A stretch of 62,758 nucleotides of DNA, counting the filler, from Octopus bimaculoides (lineage: Eukaryota), in NCBI RefSeq assembly GCF_001194135.2. It is 5 parts of 4 records of this genome, joined end to end, with 100 filler letters (N's around TTAATTAATTAA, not from the genome) between each part and the next. Parts side by side here need not be neighbours in the genome. Positions count along the whole stretch, not along the records: positions 59,489 to 62,758 come from NC_068987.1; 4 more parts are not named here. One strand, given 5' to 3'. A program made the position numbers and the translations under genes. Shown here in pieces: positions 62,696-62,758 of the stretch (its first letter is position 1; every line of letters begins with the position of its first letter). The notes beneath the pieces are model-generated. The model had not been told where the DNA came from, did no database searches, and saw only the letters and a list, made by a program, of their open reading frames with translations.

Positions 62696-62758
<63 letters not shown>

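Overview
AT-rich, repeat-dense animal genomic DNA with assembly gaps. The SINE, RTE, Dong and mariner repeat content suggests an octopus or other cephalopod (inference). Two convergent spliced genes were reconstructed by hand. (1) The 3' half of NXF1/TAP (+ strand, 10 coding exons, 1519-11532, 305 aa: end of LRR, NTF2-like domain, TAP-C/UBA domain). (2) The 3' part of a carbohydrate-binding family 9-like (CBM9/DOMON-like) gene (- strand, 7 coding exons, 24429-15078, 242 aa); its 5' exons were not found. The strongest finding is a ~92-nt hairpin (743-834) in the NXF1 intron before the conserved 37-nt exon. Its internal loop and closing stems closely match the retroviral/vertebrate constitutive transport element (CTE), which suggests CTE-based NXF1 autoregulation in a mollusc. 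Other notable structures: two type I hammerhead ribozymes in Penelope-like fragments, a mariner split by a TSD-flanked LINE-like insert whose 3' tail matches that of a SINE subfamily, a 5'-inverted (twin-primed) R4/Dong element in a (TAA)n tract, a MITE with three nested inverted repeats around a telomere-repeat palindrome, and a 400-bp foldback. No rRNA, functional tRNA or CRISPR array is supported. All coordinates and folds were read by eye; no database searches were run.
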